DNA from: Eledone cirrhosa
Lineage: Eukaryota
Assembly: GCA_964016885.1 (NCBI GenBank)
Contig: OZ024740.1
Coordinates: 91,636,001 to 91,700,000, forward strand
Direction: 5' to 3'
DNA length: 64,000 bases
Position 1 is the stretch's first letter. Each line of letters begins with the position of its first letter. The translations under genes and the position numbers were made by a program. Positions 26,824 through 40,872 of this stretch are shown here, piece by piece. The notes under the pieces are model-generated. The model made no database searches, had not been told where the DNA came from, and saw only the letters and a program-made list of their open reading frames with translations.

Positions 26824-29416
26824 TGTGGTGACCTACATTCCGCGGGCTCACATACATTCTCTGTGCGTGATTTGGCTCAGTTCAGCCAATCAGCGCCAGT
26901 AGAAGAGGATGTATCCCTACGCGCCCTGAGGAAGAAATTCCCCGCGAAGATTTGAAGAATCTCTCTCTTATACCAGGAACTTCGAGCCAGCAAACGCATG
27001 ATGTAACGGTGAGATATTGCACCCTAGCCTCGCCGGCTTTCCGGCGCAATGGCACATTCCCTTTTGTAACCTCTTTTTATCTGTAACTTCAACCATATAA
27101 GTTAACATACATTGTTTGTGCTACATCAAAAATAAACATACATTTCATCTCTAATTTCTGCTGTTAAAATCATTATTATGTTACTCGTGTCTCAATAACA
27201 TCTATAATCCATGCTGCTGGAATTGGCGACTTGACGAAAGGAATATTTTAAATACTAAGATGGTAAATAGATCGAGCGACCTTCCCTCACGTCTATGTCG
27301 ACAAGATAATCCAACGAGGATACTATCACTTACCACACTGGCAACTAACGACCTTCAATCATCTACCATGTTAAAGTGGCGACTATTCAACTTACATACT
27401 GCTAAAGTGGTGACCGACGTAAGAATTTAACGCAGCCCTTCTTTTTCATTCAGTTGAACTTTTATTGCCACGTTGCCGGCCTTTTCGCAACTTGCGAACA
27501 TACAATATATTCCTTTCAAAGATTGTTTTTGAAAAATTGGCAGTATTTCAAAAACTTTTCGCCACGAGGGAATTTCAAAATGGCTACTGACAGGTCCTGT
27601 CTACAATCAACAACGACAACAGCAGCAGCAGCAGCAGCAGAGACAACATTGTTTAACCACTGAGCAACGACAGGGAGTGGTGAGCTGGCAGCTTCATAGC
27701 CTTACCGACGCAAACCACCACACATCGGAAATTTCAAAACGGCTTGTAACTTTACCGACGCAAACAGCATACATCTAACCCCTAACGGCATTAACAAACT
27801 TCTTTTTCAGTTTTCAGATAGAACTAGTGTCTGTACACATGTGATGTGTGAACTATTTGACTTTGAAAAACTTTGAACTTATTGAGCAATTTCTCTGCTC
27901 CCTTAGATTGACTTTGAATTATCAATCTGTTACATTCCCATATTTCTTTGTAGAATGCATTTACTTGTTTTGTGCTCTTTTGCTATTTGCTTGCTCATGG
28001 TTTTTGTTCATTCACATTCTTTGCTGTTTTGCATGCCTGCATATGCACGCATTTTTTTTGATCACACACCAACATGTTGTTCTTGGTATATGTTCTTCAA
28101 ACGTAATATTCTGCCAGTCCCTGTTCACCTGGTTGAGGTACTGTCACATGATAGCAGCTCACAGAGCTTAATCCAATGGATTCAAACAGGCACCACAACA
28201 CGAGAATACTAATTGCAGCTGAACTCAAACAGCTTCGCATCTCGTTGCACACTGATCGTCCATGACGGCCATCCGTCTTGTTGTTTTTGCCCGACTCGCT
28301 GGGAAAGCAACAAATTGAACTGGACTTGTCAGCATTCCAGCCACTTCTGTGGATGGATTCGCCCGAATTATGGAATTTACACTGCAACCCACCTACAGAT
28401 TAAACTTGCTTTTTTTTTTCTTTACAAAGCAACCAGCCATTTTTTCCAGGCTCTACAGCACATTCGACAATACATCTGGGGGCTATCATTTTCTCGCCAG
28501 CACTGGTAAACTACCGTAATAGCTTCGTTCACAGCTACTGGTACAACGCTTACCATTAACATTTAATGCAAGAACAGCAACTTCGCCCACGTCAGAATTT
28601 ATCTGTTTTCTAGTAGGCCCTTGAGGGTCTCGTTTAAACTACAAAACAGCTAATCATTTTACAGCGGCTCAACACGGCCCGTCGCGCCTAATTTTTTTAT
28701 TCTTGCATGAATCTTTTTGCTCAATTATTTTTTCACTGATGTGCTCTTTCAGCATTTGTTCTTGCTGATTCAATAATATGTGGGTCCTTGGTTTCTTCGT
28801 TATCGATTTTCAGTTGAAAATCTGCTCTGAGGTGATGTAGTGACCTACATTCCGCGGGCTCACATACATTCTCTGTGCCTGATTTGGCTCAGTTCAGCCA
28901 ATCAGCGCCAGTAGAAGAGAATGTATCCCTACGCGCCCTGAGGAAGAAATTCCCCGCGAAGATTTGAAGAATCTCTCTCTTATACCAGGAACTTCGAGCC
29001 AGCAAACGCATAATGTAACGGTGAAATATTGCACCCTAGCCTCGCCGGCTTTCCGGCGCAACGGCACATTCCCTTTTGTAACCTCTTTTTATCTGTAACC
29101 TCAACCATATAAGTTAACAAACATTGTTTGTGCTACATCAAAAATAAACATACATTTCATCTCTAATTTCTGCTGTTGAAATCATTATTATGTTACTCGT
29201 GTCTCAATAACATCTATAATCCAAGCTGCTGGAATTGGCGACCTGACGAAAGGAATATTGTAAATAATAAGATGGTAAATAGATCGAGAGACCTTCCCTA
29301 CGTCTATGTCGACAAGACACTCCAACGAGGATACTATCACTTACCACACTGGCAACTAACGACCTTCAATCATCTATCCTGTTAAAGTGGCGACCACGAC
29401 TAACCATACTGCTAAA
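26824..29416 (+). mobile_element. Internally deleted, non-autonomous Gypsy-like LTR retrotransposon
   Basis: Near-identical direct repeats 26824-27406 and 28836-29416 (TGT.GTGACC...TACTGCTAAA). PBS TGGTGACCGACGT (27408-27420) resembles the complement of the tRNA-Trp 3' end. Short purine tract before the 3' LTR. Weak gag-like QPLLWMDSPELW near 28335-28372. No pol. Confidence 0.85.
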
Positions 29417-30472
29417 TATGTATTGTGTGTGCAGAAAAAGCTCACTTGAACAATGTGATGGTTTTTATAAGTATCGTGATCAATGTCTGTGATGTTAACA
29501 ATTGCGGATATTATATACCACGAAAAAGCGGAAGCAGCCGAAATTCAAGAATAAAAAATAAAATTATTTGCATTTCCATTGTCAGTCTGATAAACAATGA
29601 TTTGTTTATTTATCTATATTCACTCAGTGAGACAAATACATATACAATTGTTAAACATTTCACGTTCAAATTATTGGTGAGTTGATCATTTTTAGATGTT
29701 TAGCAAATGTATGTAAATATCGAACGAACTAAATTCATATCCTATTGCAAGGTAGGGTCTCTATATATATTCATATAAATATATGCACATAAACATGTAA
29801 ATGTATGTATTATACATATGCATGACTTGTTTTTTTAATTGGGAAAAAGTAGGGTGGATAAAAGTTTTGCATCCCGTGTCTGAAAAAGAGTGTGTGGGGA
29901 GAACGTTTCCCGTTGTACCCCCCTAAAACAAGGCCCTTGCATATACACATTAGTACAGATATATTATAAACACACACTCACACACTCACAAGTTGTAGCT
30001 ATTGTCTAGAGAAAAAATATCAAATAGGGGGATATATATCTAAGTACAAAGTGAGGAAAAGCCAATCAAATAACATATATTACATCCACCAACACATGCA
30101 CACTTACACATATATAGACTACACACATATATATACGATACCCAAGAGAAAATTACAACCTCCAGTAAAATGAATATACATCTGTCTTAATTGAATTCAA
30201 CTCGATTTTGATAAGCGTATGTAAAAGAAATAAATCATACAGTTATAAGTAAGGGAAATAATTTCATATATAAATATGTCTATCAAAACTGATACCCGCA
30301 TTTACACCGACGTGCATATGTGCACAACGCTTACATGCACTCATTCGAACACACATATTTACACACCTACATATATATATATGTGTGTGCATATGTGTGT
30401 TTCCTGCTCTGACAGTTTCTCTTTATCTGTCTTATATTCTTCTTGTATACACTAGTTACTACATACATGCAT

Positions 30473-30581
<109 letters not shown>

Positions 30582-30606
30582 ATATATATGTATATATATA
30601 TATATG

Positions 30607-30696
<90 letters not shown>

Positions 30697-31177
30697 GTAT
30701 GGGTTTACCGAACATTTATTATAATGCTCGGTTTTTTGTAAACAAAGAGCCCGAAATAAGTTGTACAGTGTTCGGCAACCATCGTTGCCATTTTATTCAA
30801 CATTGAAAAAGGAAATATGAACTAGTTTCGAGCTTCTTAGCTATCGTCAGCAGCTTATACCTTCCTGTCAGATGATTGAACGTTTGAAAGTGTATAGTTT
30901 CCTTATGCATATTAACGGCTGAGCAGCCTAATTTGCATATCGAGTGAGTTAGTCGGCCGGGCGCGCCGAAAACGATAAATAGAAAAAAGGGAATTTCATG
31001 TATCACTCTTAGTATACAGTGTTGACGACAGCTAAGAAGCTCGAAACTAGTTCATCGTTCCTTTGTGAGTGTTGAACAAAATGGCAACGATGGTTGCCGT
31101 ACACTGTGCGGCTGAAATCCGGGCTGTTTGTTTACAAACAAACCGAACATTATAATAAATGTTCGGTAAACCCATAC

Positions 31178-31253
<76 letters not shown>

Positions 31254-31681
31254 ATGTATGTATGTATAAACATACTTCTCTACGTCTGCATACATATATG
31301 TATGTACGTATACATACTTATATTTAAATATCAACCGTACTAAGAGTGAGAAATGAAATTTCATTTTTTCCATTTATCGCTATCGATCCGCCAGGTCGAC
31401 TAACTCACTCAATATGCAAATTAGGCTGCTCAACCGTTAATATGCATAAATAAAGTATATACTTTCAAACGTTTAGTCATTTGGCAGGAAGGTATATGGT
31501 GCTGACGACAGCTAAGAAGCTCGAAACTAGTTGATCGTTCCTTTGTCAGTGTTGAAGAAAATATCAAAGAAGGTTGCCGAAAACTGTACGGCTTAATTCG
31601 GGCTGTTTGTTTACAAACAAGCCGAACATTATAGTAAATTTCCAGTAAACCCATACGTACATATATATATATATATATATA

Positions 31682-32244
31682 TATGAGAGACGTAAAAGAA
31701 GAAAATTATAAAATTAACTTACTTACTAAAATTTCACTCCAACTAATTAGTTTCTGAAAGGGAATAAACATAGTTTCCGAAGAAACGTACGGAGAAGCCT
31801 TTCGTCATCAGGGAAGTCTATTCTCGGTTAAGTTTCCAGGCAATACGTGGACACAGGGAACTTATACAAAAATAATTCATATTTTTTCAATGGATTGGAA
31901 TTTAGTCCACGCTTTGCTTTTTTCCATCCCCTGAATTATCTTTGTATAAGTTCCCTGTGTCCACGTATTGCCTGGACACTTAGCCGACAATAGACTTCCC
32001 TGATGACGAAAGGCTTCTCCGTACGTTTCTTCGGAAACTGTGTTTATTCCCTTTCAGAAACTAATTAGATGGATTGAAATTTTAGTAAGTAAGTTAATTT
32101 TATAATTTCCTTATTTTACGTCTCTCATATTATTGTTCTGCATGCCCATGCATTGAACCACACAGTTACTAAGACAAAAGCTATATATTTGCTAGCATAA
32201 GTATTCATCTGCGTATATATATGTTACTAGATATATTAATTCTT

Positions 32245-32245
<1 letters not shown>
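31682..32245. repeat. HHR-bearing fold-back element (family D): ~195-bp inverted arms with a 52-bp spacer
   Basis: 31682-31879 is the reverse complement of 31932-32129. Flanked by (TA)n. Confidence 0.85.
31736..31817 (-). ncRNA. Type I hammerhead ribozyme motif (family D)
   Basis: ACTTCC-CTGATGA-CGAAAGG...CCTTTCA-GAAA-CTAATTAG-TT-GGAGT. The inverted copy at 31994-32075 (+) has U16.1 mutated to A. Confidence 0.7.
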
Positions 32246-32276
<31 letters not shown>

Positions 32277-32477
32277 CGTGTGTGTGTGTGTGTGTGCATG
32301 TATATATGTATATACATACTGCTGTGCGTTTGTATACATATATGTATGTACGTATACATTCTTACCTTTAAGTATCAGCCGTACTAAGAGTGAAAAATGA
32401 AATTTCATATTTTCCAATATATAAATACATTTATATCTATATATTTACATGTGTATGTATGCATATATGTATCTATG

Positions 32478-32567
<90 letters not shown>

Positions 32568-32574
32568 TTGTAAT

Positions 32575-32679
32575 AAAATGAAAACGAAATTTCATTTCTC
32601 ACTCTTAGTACGGCACTTACTTAAATGTAAGTATGTATGTATACGTACATACATATATGTATACAGACGTACAGTAGCA

Positions 32680-32743
<64 letters not shown>

Positions 32744-32860
32744 CAGGTACACATACATATATGTACGTATCAGTTTAGCGGACGCTTATTATAGCGCCCG
32801 CTTTGTTCGTTTGTAAACAAACTGAACAACCTGAATTTATGCCGTACGGTGTTAAGGCAA
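32575..32860 (-). repeat. Family A truncated copy (no HHR part)
   Basis: Matches ~61495-61790. Confidence 0.8.
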
Positions 32861-32877
32861 TTAAGTAAGTGCCGTAC

Positions 32878-32947
<70 letters not shown>

Positions 32948-35900
32948 TGTGTGTGGCGTGTGTGTGTGTGGATATGTGTGTGTACGTGTGTGTGTGGGGT
33001 AATTGTGCGTGTGTCTTTGTGTGTGTTCATATACGTGTTTTTTTACGAGCATTTGTATTTTGTATGTAGGAGTCTATCGATAATCCTTTATATGACATAT
33101 CCAGCATCTGATTTATTTTGAAGTGGAACAATTTCAGTAACCTAAAATTTGTATATAATTATCTTTCAGATATTACTCTGATTTAGGTTTATATTTTTTA
33201 CGTCCGTAAATTATTTCTCCATGTAGCTTTGCTCCTCTATGAATTATAAGTACTTTGATTATCTATAAAATACATGCCTGGCCACTATGTGTGTAGCTAA
33301 CTGGCTATAAATTCTCTTGAACATACGTGAACAAATTTTCCTTTACTTCCGTAATATGCTTGCTTCGTTCACATTTAATTGGAAAGCGCAGTCCTCGAAC
33401 AATTTCATATATATATAACATCGGCGGTTTTACGAATGTAGGTGAATGTTAATGTAATGTATTGGTCTATATTCTTTCATTGGGAATGGGTGTACTTTCA
33501 GAAGCCTTTAAAACATTTTAAGCTCATTTTTACACTAATTTATTGTAATATAACTAATGACTTATGAAAAAAAAAATACGGATTTATATTGCAGCTGTAT
33601 AATTATTTTCGATTATTGTATAGAGGAATTTTCTATGGTGAAATATGTGATATTCTCAAATTTATCTTTTTATATATTATGTTAAACTGAAAGGAGTGAC
33701 GAATGTATATGAATCTACCTTCATACTATAGGCAGAATTATGAAATGTGAATATTTGTATTGCTAACTGTATTACCCCCTGCCCTCAAATCTGTCGTAAA
33801 TTATATATGTAGATATATGATTCCCTAAAGAACACTATAACACTAGCATATAACAAATCATTTATTAATAGCAAACCTATGAATTTACACCACCTAAATA
33901 TTTGACAAAAGGAAAGATGATAGTGATACATAAACCATGAATATTGACAACAATGTGAACTCATCTAATGACATTGATAGTGATATATGAAATAATGAAT
34001 CATCTTCATTGTATATCCTCAAGCACTATAGGATCCATCAAATCTGGCAACACATATTTATTATTCATTCATTAATTGTAATTTAATGTTTACTGTTCTA
34101 TCATTTAATATAGCAACATTTGATATTAGGGAAATTTGTGGGCATTTCTAATTGACATCGTGAGCAGGAAATAGCTTTGTGGCGGGAAATATAAGCAGAA
34201 ATGAAAGAAAAATCATCAGAAGTAAAACAAAAAAAATTGATGAGCAATATGTATAGGGACTATATCTACGTTATTATCATGTTAAGGATTTGCTTATATG
34301 TGTATATATACATATTATATAAAATGTGTGGCATATTATGTGTCCGTTCCACCGTATATGTCAATTGCCGGCTGCTCATATGTATGGTCGATTTCACTGA
34401 ACGAGTTTATATATAATATGGCGTGAAAGGTTCTTTTAGGCTGTTAAGAAGCATTTTGTTGAATGAATGTTACAAATTAGTTCTTTGTTTAGCCATCATC
34501 TATATTTCCCCGTTATTAAATCCTTGCTTTGACGCAGGTGATAACTTCTTACATTCTCATCACTTCTACCTTTCCTGTGGTTAATGGATGATGTATGAAT
34601 TTATGTTTGAAGTAACACATGTTATTGTCTAGCACAAAATAATATATGATTTATTTTTAAATGACCTTTCTCTTTCCAATCTGTCCTTTACGTCTGTGAA
34701 TGCTATTGCTATTGTCAACAGTTAGTGATTTGTATGGACAAAACTGCATGCCAATAACGAACATAAATAAATCAAACCTCAAGCAAATTAAGCATGTTAA
34801 CACAAATAGAGAGACTTGCAATATAAAATACGCGTATATAAAGAGAAAAGAGGGGCGACTTTGTGGCGATTTTAAATTAACATCATCTGATTGCCCTTTT
34901 GATTTGATTGTAGATGACAAGATAATATTCTAATAAATTTCTCAATGGGAACATATATATCTCAGTCTCAATTAGGAAACGAATTGGTCAATAACGTGAT
35001 AGGATAAAGCATTTTCTCAATCAATTATGCAAATCTTTTTTGGAGACACCGTTGTAATTGTTCACAAAGGGGAAATGAAATGCGTTTATAATTGTTATTT
35101 CAATTACTGATAACCTTGTTCAAAAAATATGATTGAAAGTGTCAAACTTCAGTTTATTTTGATTTGAATCATTTGAGACTCACTGCTGTAGTTAAATAAT
35201 ATATTTCCCATTAAGAAAGGTCAACTAATTCAAGCAACAGGAAACATTATGTAGATATTAAGGAGATAAAGAGTGTAAAATGAAAATGTACCGCTAAATG
35301 ATAGCTTTTTGAAGTAATGTCTTAAACACTGTTTTACTTTGCTTGTGGAATGGGAGATAAACATGTGAAATCAACAGAAATCAGATTTAAACATAAATAA
35401 CTGACACAGAAGTTAGCACACTCATCAACCCATTATATACAACGGCAATAAACAAAAATAACAATAATAATATACCAGAATTAAAGCGATGTTCTTTCAC
35501 CAGGTGCTAGGACAATTCGAACAAGATACGGTTGCTCCCCTCTCATTCTAGGATAGAGGAAAGTATTTTCATTTTATCAGATTGGTCTCTTTATATATAA
35601 TTACGAAACTCACACACCGTTGTAAATATTCTTCCAGTGTCAGTGTAATCCAATCATTGAAATAGATGCATACGAATGAAACAACTATGATATATGTATC
35701 GTGTCAATTATAATTATGTGGAATCATTATACAATAGTATACAGAAATACCGGTGAACGTGTTTACCCCACCGCTGCGTATATTTAAATAGATAATTATG
35801 TGTCGTATTCACTTTTAAACTTATTCAATTTCAAAATGTAACTTGTTTCAATACTGGCGGAAAGTATATAATGTATAGATTTGTAAGTAAGAATACATCA

Positions 35901-36316
35901 GAATGTGATTAATATTCATAAGTCACACATTCTCATACATATAAGAAGATACACATGCTGTTGCATATGAGTGTTTTCGTGTGTACGCATGTATGTATGT
36001 GCAATCAAATTTCCACTACAATTTAATCGATAATTATTTAAATAAATACGTAAATGATAAATTATACAAAGCTATTTCAATAATTATACCACCAGATATC
36101 GAGATGAATAAACGGATCGACATTTACGAAGTCTTTCAGCAAAATTCTGTTTAATTGAATAAATGTTGCGTCAGTATTTTAGTAAATTTATATAGAAATA
36201 TACAATGATTATGGTTTAATATATACTGTAATATTTATTTATATATAATAATTGTTTCTGATTTATATATATATATATATATACATAAATAAGTACATAA
36301 ACACACGCATGCACAC

Positions 36317-36378
<62 letters not shown>

Positions 36379-37280
36379 GTATGTATGTATGTGTGTGGTG
36401 TGCATAAAAAGGTGTAGAATTGTCCTTTACGTTTGTCATACCGTATGAACTAGTACATTATTCATAGGAGGTGACAATACGAAGGATTCTGTAGATTTTA
36501 GAAAGAAGCGATGACAACTTATTATATCTGGACTAAATTCCCCTATTCAGAAACATACAATACCTATTTGGTTTGAAGTTCTGTGATTTTTTGATGACTA
36601 TGTCACCAAACCCGATCATTTTGTTAGACTTAATATAAGTAAATGGACCAACATATTCAATGTCATTCGTCTTACAACCCAGAAACGCCAGACATATAGG
36701 ACCTCCTCCAAAATCTGTTTCCTAAAACTACCATACTTCAGTGAAAATATAAGCATGACGATCAACAGAGATATTCGTAAGTAGGGACAACATATTCCAT
36801 TAACCTGCTCCGACCTACCATTGTAAGGACACCTACGGAAAAAGTGATGCCCCTAAATATCATCCGCCTAAATGGCAAAACACTCTTGTACTTTCGGTCA
36901 CTAACAACGACAGGTACTTTTCGTAATCTTAATAGATTGTCCTTTCTACTTGTGTAATTTATTATTATTACCATTATCATTATTATTATTATTTTGCGTC
37001 TTATCACTGCATTACTCAGCGAGTAATGTTGTTATTTTAGTGTTATTTTGTGTATGTTGTACGTATTTAGGACACCTGGATGTTTAGTTATGTATCTGTC
37101 AGCGTGCTTTTTTATCGTTGTTAGAGCAACTATAATTATCCATATTGTTTGTCTTCAACATTCCCATTCGGTTTATTTCTATCTCATGATCCACATATTT
37201 GGATCATGAGAAAGATTGGTAAACATGTTGTGACCAGGTGGGATTGATCCGTCAATCAGAAGACATTCATTTCTTTGTAG

Positions 37281-40200
37281 TCTTCTATATATATAAAACA
37301 GAAGATGTATGTCTGTCTGTGTAACTGCATGCATTTCTACATTTTACAACCGATTTTCACCAAATTTCTGAAGTCCTATTACGCATCATAGGCTATTTTA
37401 CTTTTCCGTACATCGATTGTAGGGCCTTCCAAGGGCAGATAACCCCCTTAAGCATCTCGCTTGGAGTTTGCAGAAATACCTACCCATTGCCTAAAGGTGA
37501 TGTTGAAGACAGTGTCTATACCCGGAACAAGCAAGGGGACCCCCAGGGGGCAGTAGGCACTGGTGAGTCATTTATTGAGTTTGGCTATTGTAATGCAGCA
37601 ATGTGTCATAGCTTCGATAATTGGTAGTCCAATAAAATTAATTTCGACTTACTACATATGAAGATACAGTGAGTCACATTTACTTTCATTTCAATTCAGG
37701 AAGAGACCGCCCTCGGGGACAATGAGCCCAATTCATTAACCTATAAACTTTCAAACTGCCACAATAAAAAAGCAACATAACCTCGGGAGTTTATACTTGA
37801 TTTTTACAAACACTAAACGAAATGGTTATTGCTTGTCATAAGATAAAGCACCACACATTCGTTATCACTTGAATTTTGCAAGGGAACCTCCTAGGGGGGA
37901 GGCAGTGAGCCCCTTTGGACCAATTTTAAAGTTCATACTATAGTCCCAGCAAAGCATTTCAACTTTTGAAAATAAAAGTCAATTTAAACGAAAGTTGGCG
38001 CATCGGTTACTCATGTCCTACACATGGAGTAGCGAATTTTTCAAATCCCCCTGACAACTCTAGTTTGTTTAGTTATATTTATGATGATTGAATTTAATGT
38101 TGCACTCGGTTGTCTCGCCCGTGTAATTGCACCACAATTAGGTGCGGAATGGGATGTTACAATTTTGTCCTTGAACTTGGCCGTCATTTCACACTCCTAA
38201 CCAAGAAAGCGCGATTTAACCGAGTTGTAAATTTTTACGCCTACTGTATGTGGATTGTGCTATTTCACACTCATGCCTAAACTGTACGAATGATTGATTA
38301 GTTTTTAACCCAGTTGTCGCCCCCGTTTAATTTCACATCAAATAAGTGCGAAATGGCCACTTCTGTCCAACCACACATCAGTGCGCTGTGTTCGGTAGAT
38401 TTCATCATATTTATTTGTATTTTCTAACCAATCAGACAACTCGAGTGTTGTTCATTGAGCGATATCACTCCTATTTATATGGGTTTTGACAAGTGGTAGG
38501 TTTTTGTACATGCGTACTATCATAAGCTACTCCATGTTTCTGAAACGCATGCTTCTTTAACATGTCACATTAAAGGAGGTTTAGTTAATGTGTTTATGGT
38601 CATAAGGTTCCAGTTTATCATGCTGTGATTTTTCGGCCGTCTTCGTCTGTATCCTTTCATTATTCGAACTGAACAAACGTACTGACACTTATATACCTAC
38701 CACTGAAGCCACACTATTTAATTTTCTTTATCACAGGTAGTCCGTACGCTGCGTTGCCCCTAACTTAAAACCTGTAATTTGATTGGTACAAAAAATCTTG
38801 CAAAACATACCCACTTTCTCAGACCACATAGATTTATCACATTTTTTCACAATTTATATCCGTGTTTAGATTTGCTTACTTAAACGTTATTTGTCCACTA
38901 GTTATCGTTCTTCAGGGTAATTCTCTGAAACCAATGCCTCCCCTAGAAAAAACTTTCATTGGCCGATTATCTAATGATGCAAGTAGGTCTAGGTAAAGGC
39001 GTCTCACCGAATATGTAAATGCGACTGCGATCAGGCTCTCACAGAATGCTGTGCAGACAGCAGCTGCAAGAGAGGAAGAGGATGACAGTCGGCGTGAACT
39101 TCGATGGAACAAAGCTGCTGCCGCGATTGCTACTGATCGCGCTCGAGAGGATGAAGGACGGCGTGCCGTTCGACGAAGCAAGGATGCCGCTGCAACATCC
39201 GCTGCTCGCGCCCGTGAAGATGACGGACGACGCGCCGTTCGGTGAAGCAGAGTCGCTGCTGCAACATCCGTTGCTCGCGCTCGAGAGTACGAGAGACCAC
39301 GTGCCGTTCGACGAAGCAGGGACGCCACTGCAACAGCCGCTGCTCGCGATCGAGAGGATGAAGGCCGATGCACGAAATACTAGAACCGTAGAGCAACGAC
39401 GTGGCCAATTTCTGCAAAATGAACACCGGTGACCATCGTTACGTGGCATTTCTAGGACTTGCAAATCCAGATGTTTTTTGAATGCGTTTAACTACGACCC
39501 ATTCCTCCGACTACGCTGTTCTTGCCTGGAAACCTGCACGTCTACCAGTCCCTTGACTCTATGGCTGATCCGGACAAAATTGTTAATTAGCCCACATAAT
39601 TTCGTAACTCCCAAGACTCTCCCGGATTGCTATCAGACATACTGCGACTTAAGAAAGGTTCCTCTGTCGTGCTCCCCAGGAATTTGGAACCCCGAAGGGT
39701 TTCCAACGGCACGCGTCTGGTCGTCAAAAGGCGATGCCTCATGTTGTTGAGGCAACAATCCTTACCAAGGATACCTCTCATTCCATCCGGTAGAAACATT
39801 CCTTTCACATTCAGAAGGTTCCAATTCTGTCTCCGGCTCAGTTTCACCATTTCGATTAAGAAATCACAGAGTCAGACGCTGACGGTCATAGGGCTTAATT
39901 TAGAAGAACCGTGCTCCTCCCATGATAAACTATATGTTGGTTGCCCTGGAATGGGGAGCCGACATAACCTATTTGCTTTTGCAACTCGGGAAAAAACAAA
40001 AAAATATAGTCTATAAGGATGTTTTGTAGGCACCCCATCCACCAACAAGTAAGCACTGTTTTTTTTTTAATCCGTGTGCTATTTTTGTCCCTTTGACAAT
40101 ACCACGTAGGCCTCTGTGGTTGCTTTTGCGCTATGTTATACATATTCAATGTCCCCGTTTCCCGCATTTATATGTTGCTATTACGCTTTGCTATCGATGT

Positions 40201-40872
40201 TCCGTAGTTTTAACTAGATTAATCTATGTTTCCCTACATCTTATTTGCAAATGTTTTTGACATTCCAGCGTGTTCGTGCCAAGGCCATTTGTGTGGCCAC
40301 CGACTGTTACATGCTTTTTCTGGGTTACAATCTCAAATAACGAGCAAAGCAAATACGTCACACCAAAGTGGTGTGACGGACATGTTAAGGGCCACCACCT
40401 CTAATCGGAATCGTCTTTGCTGACAGCTCTGCCGCGGGGACTTTTAAGAGTGAACGATCCAAGGCCCTCTTCAGGGCCACCAAGTGTAAATTGTTACCAT
40501 TGGATTCATCTTTGCTGGCAGCACCGCCGCTGAGATATTTCAAAGTGAACGTTAAAAGATCCTCTTCAGGGCATCAACTATAAATTGTTATCGCAGGATT
40601 CGTCTTTGCTGGCAACACCGGCGCTGAAACTCTGAAGTGTGAACAATCAAAGGCTCTATTTAGGGCCACCAACTTTCAATTGTTACCATCAGATTCGTGT
40701 TTGCTGGCAGCCTCCGCAGCAAAGATTTTTAAAGTGAACGTTCAAAGGCCCTCTTTAGGGCCAACACCAATAAATGTTTACTTCTATAGTCATATTTAAC
40801 GGAAGTCTTTCGGTTCATTTGAACGACTACTCCATTGATAGTTATACCGAGAACGCCGGGTATCTCTGCTAG
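37281..40872 (+). mobile_element. Internally deleted non-autonomous Helitron
   Basis: 5' end TC(TTC)TATATATATAAAA. N-terminal 69-bp (23-aa) R/E/A-rich repeats at ~39050-39360. AFNYDP is joined almost directly to the helicase C-terminus (RNLEPRRVSNGTRL...LSFTISIKKSQSQTL...SHDKLYVGC). 3' hairpin ATACC..GGTAT then CTAG at 40869-40872. Confidence 0.85.
40385..40780. repeat. ~94-bp subterminal minisatellite of the Helitron (~4 units)
   Basis: GGGCCACCA..AATTGTTACC..GGATTCGTCTTTGCTGGCAGC..AAGTGAACG recurs at ~40389, 40474, 40568, 40662 and 40758. Confidence 0.85.

Larger units (their letters stand above)
30690..32415. repeat. Family A cluster: inverted partial copy plus tandem copies (period 480), interrupted by family D
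   Basis: HHR motifs at 30815-30856 (-, weak stem I), 31016-31058 (+, C3T) and 31496-31538 (+, core intact). The unit resumes at ~32290 after the insertion. Confidence 0.85.

Noticed and set aside
40385-40780. CRISPR-like regular repeats
   Set aside because: Whole units are homologous with no unique spacers, and this is a eukaryotic Helitron subterminal minisatellite.
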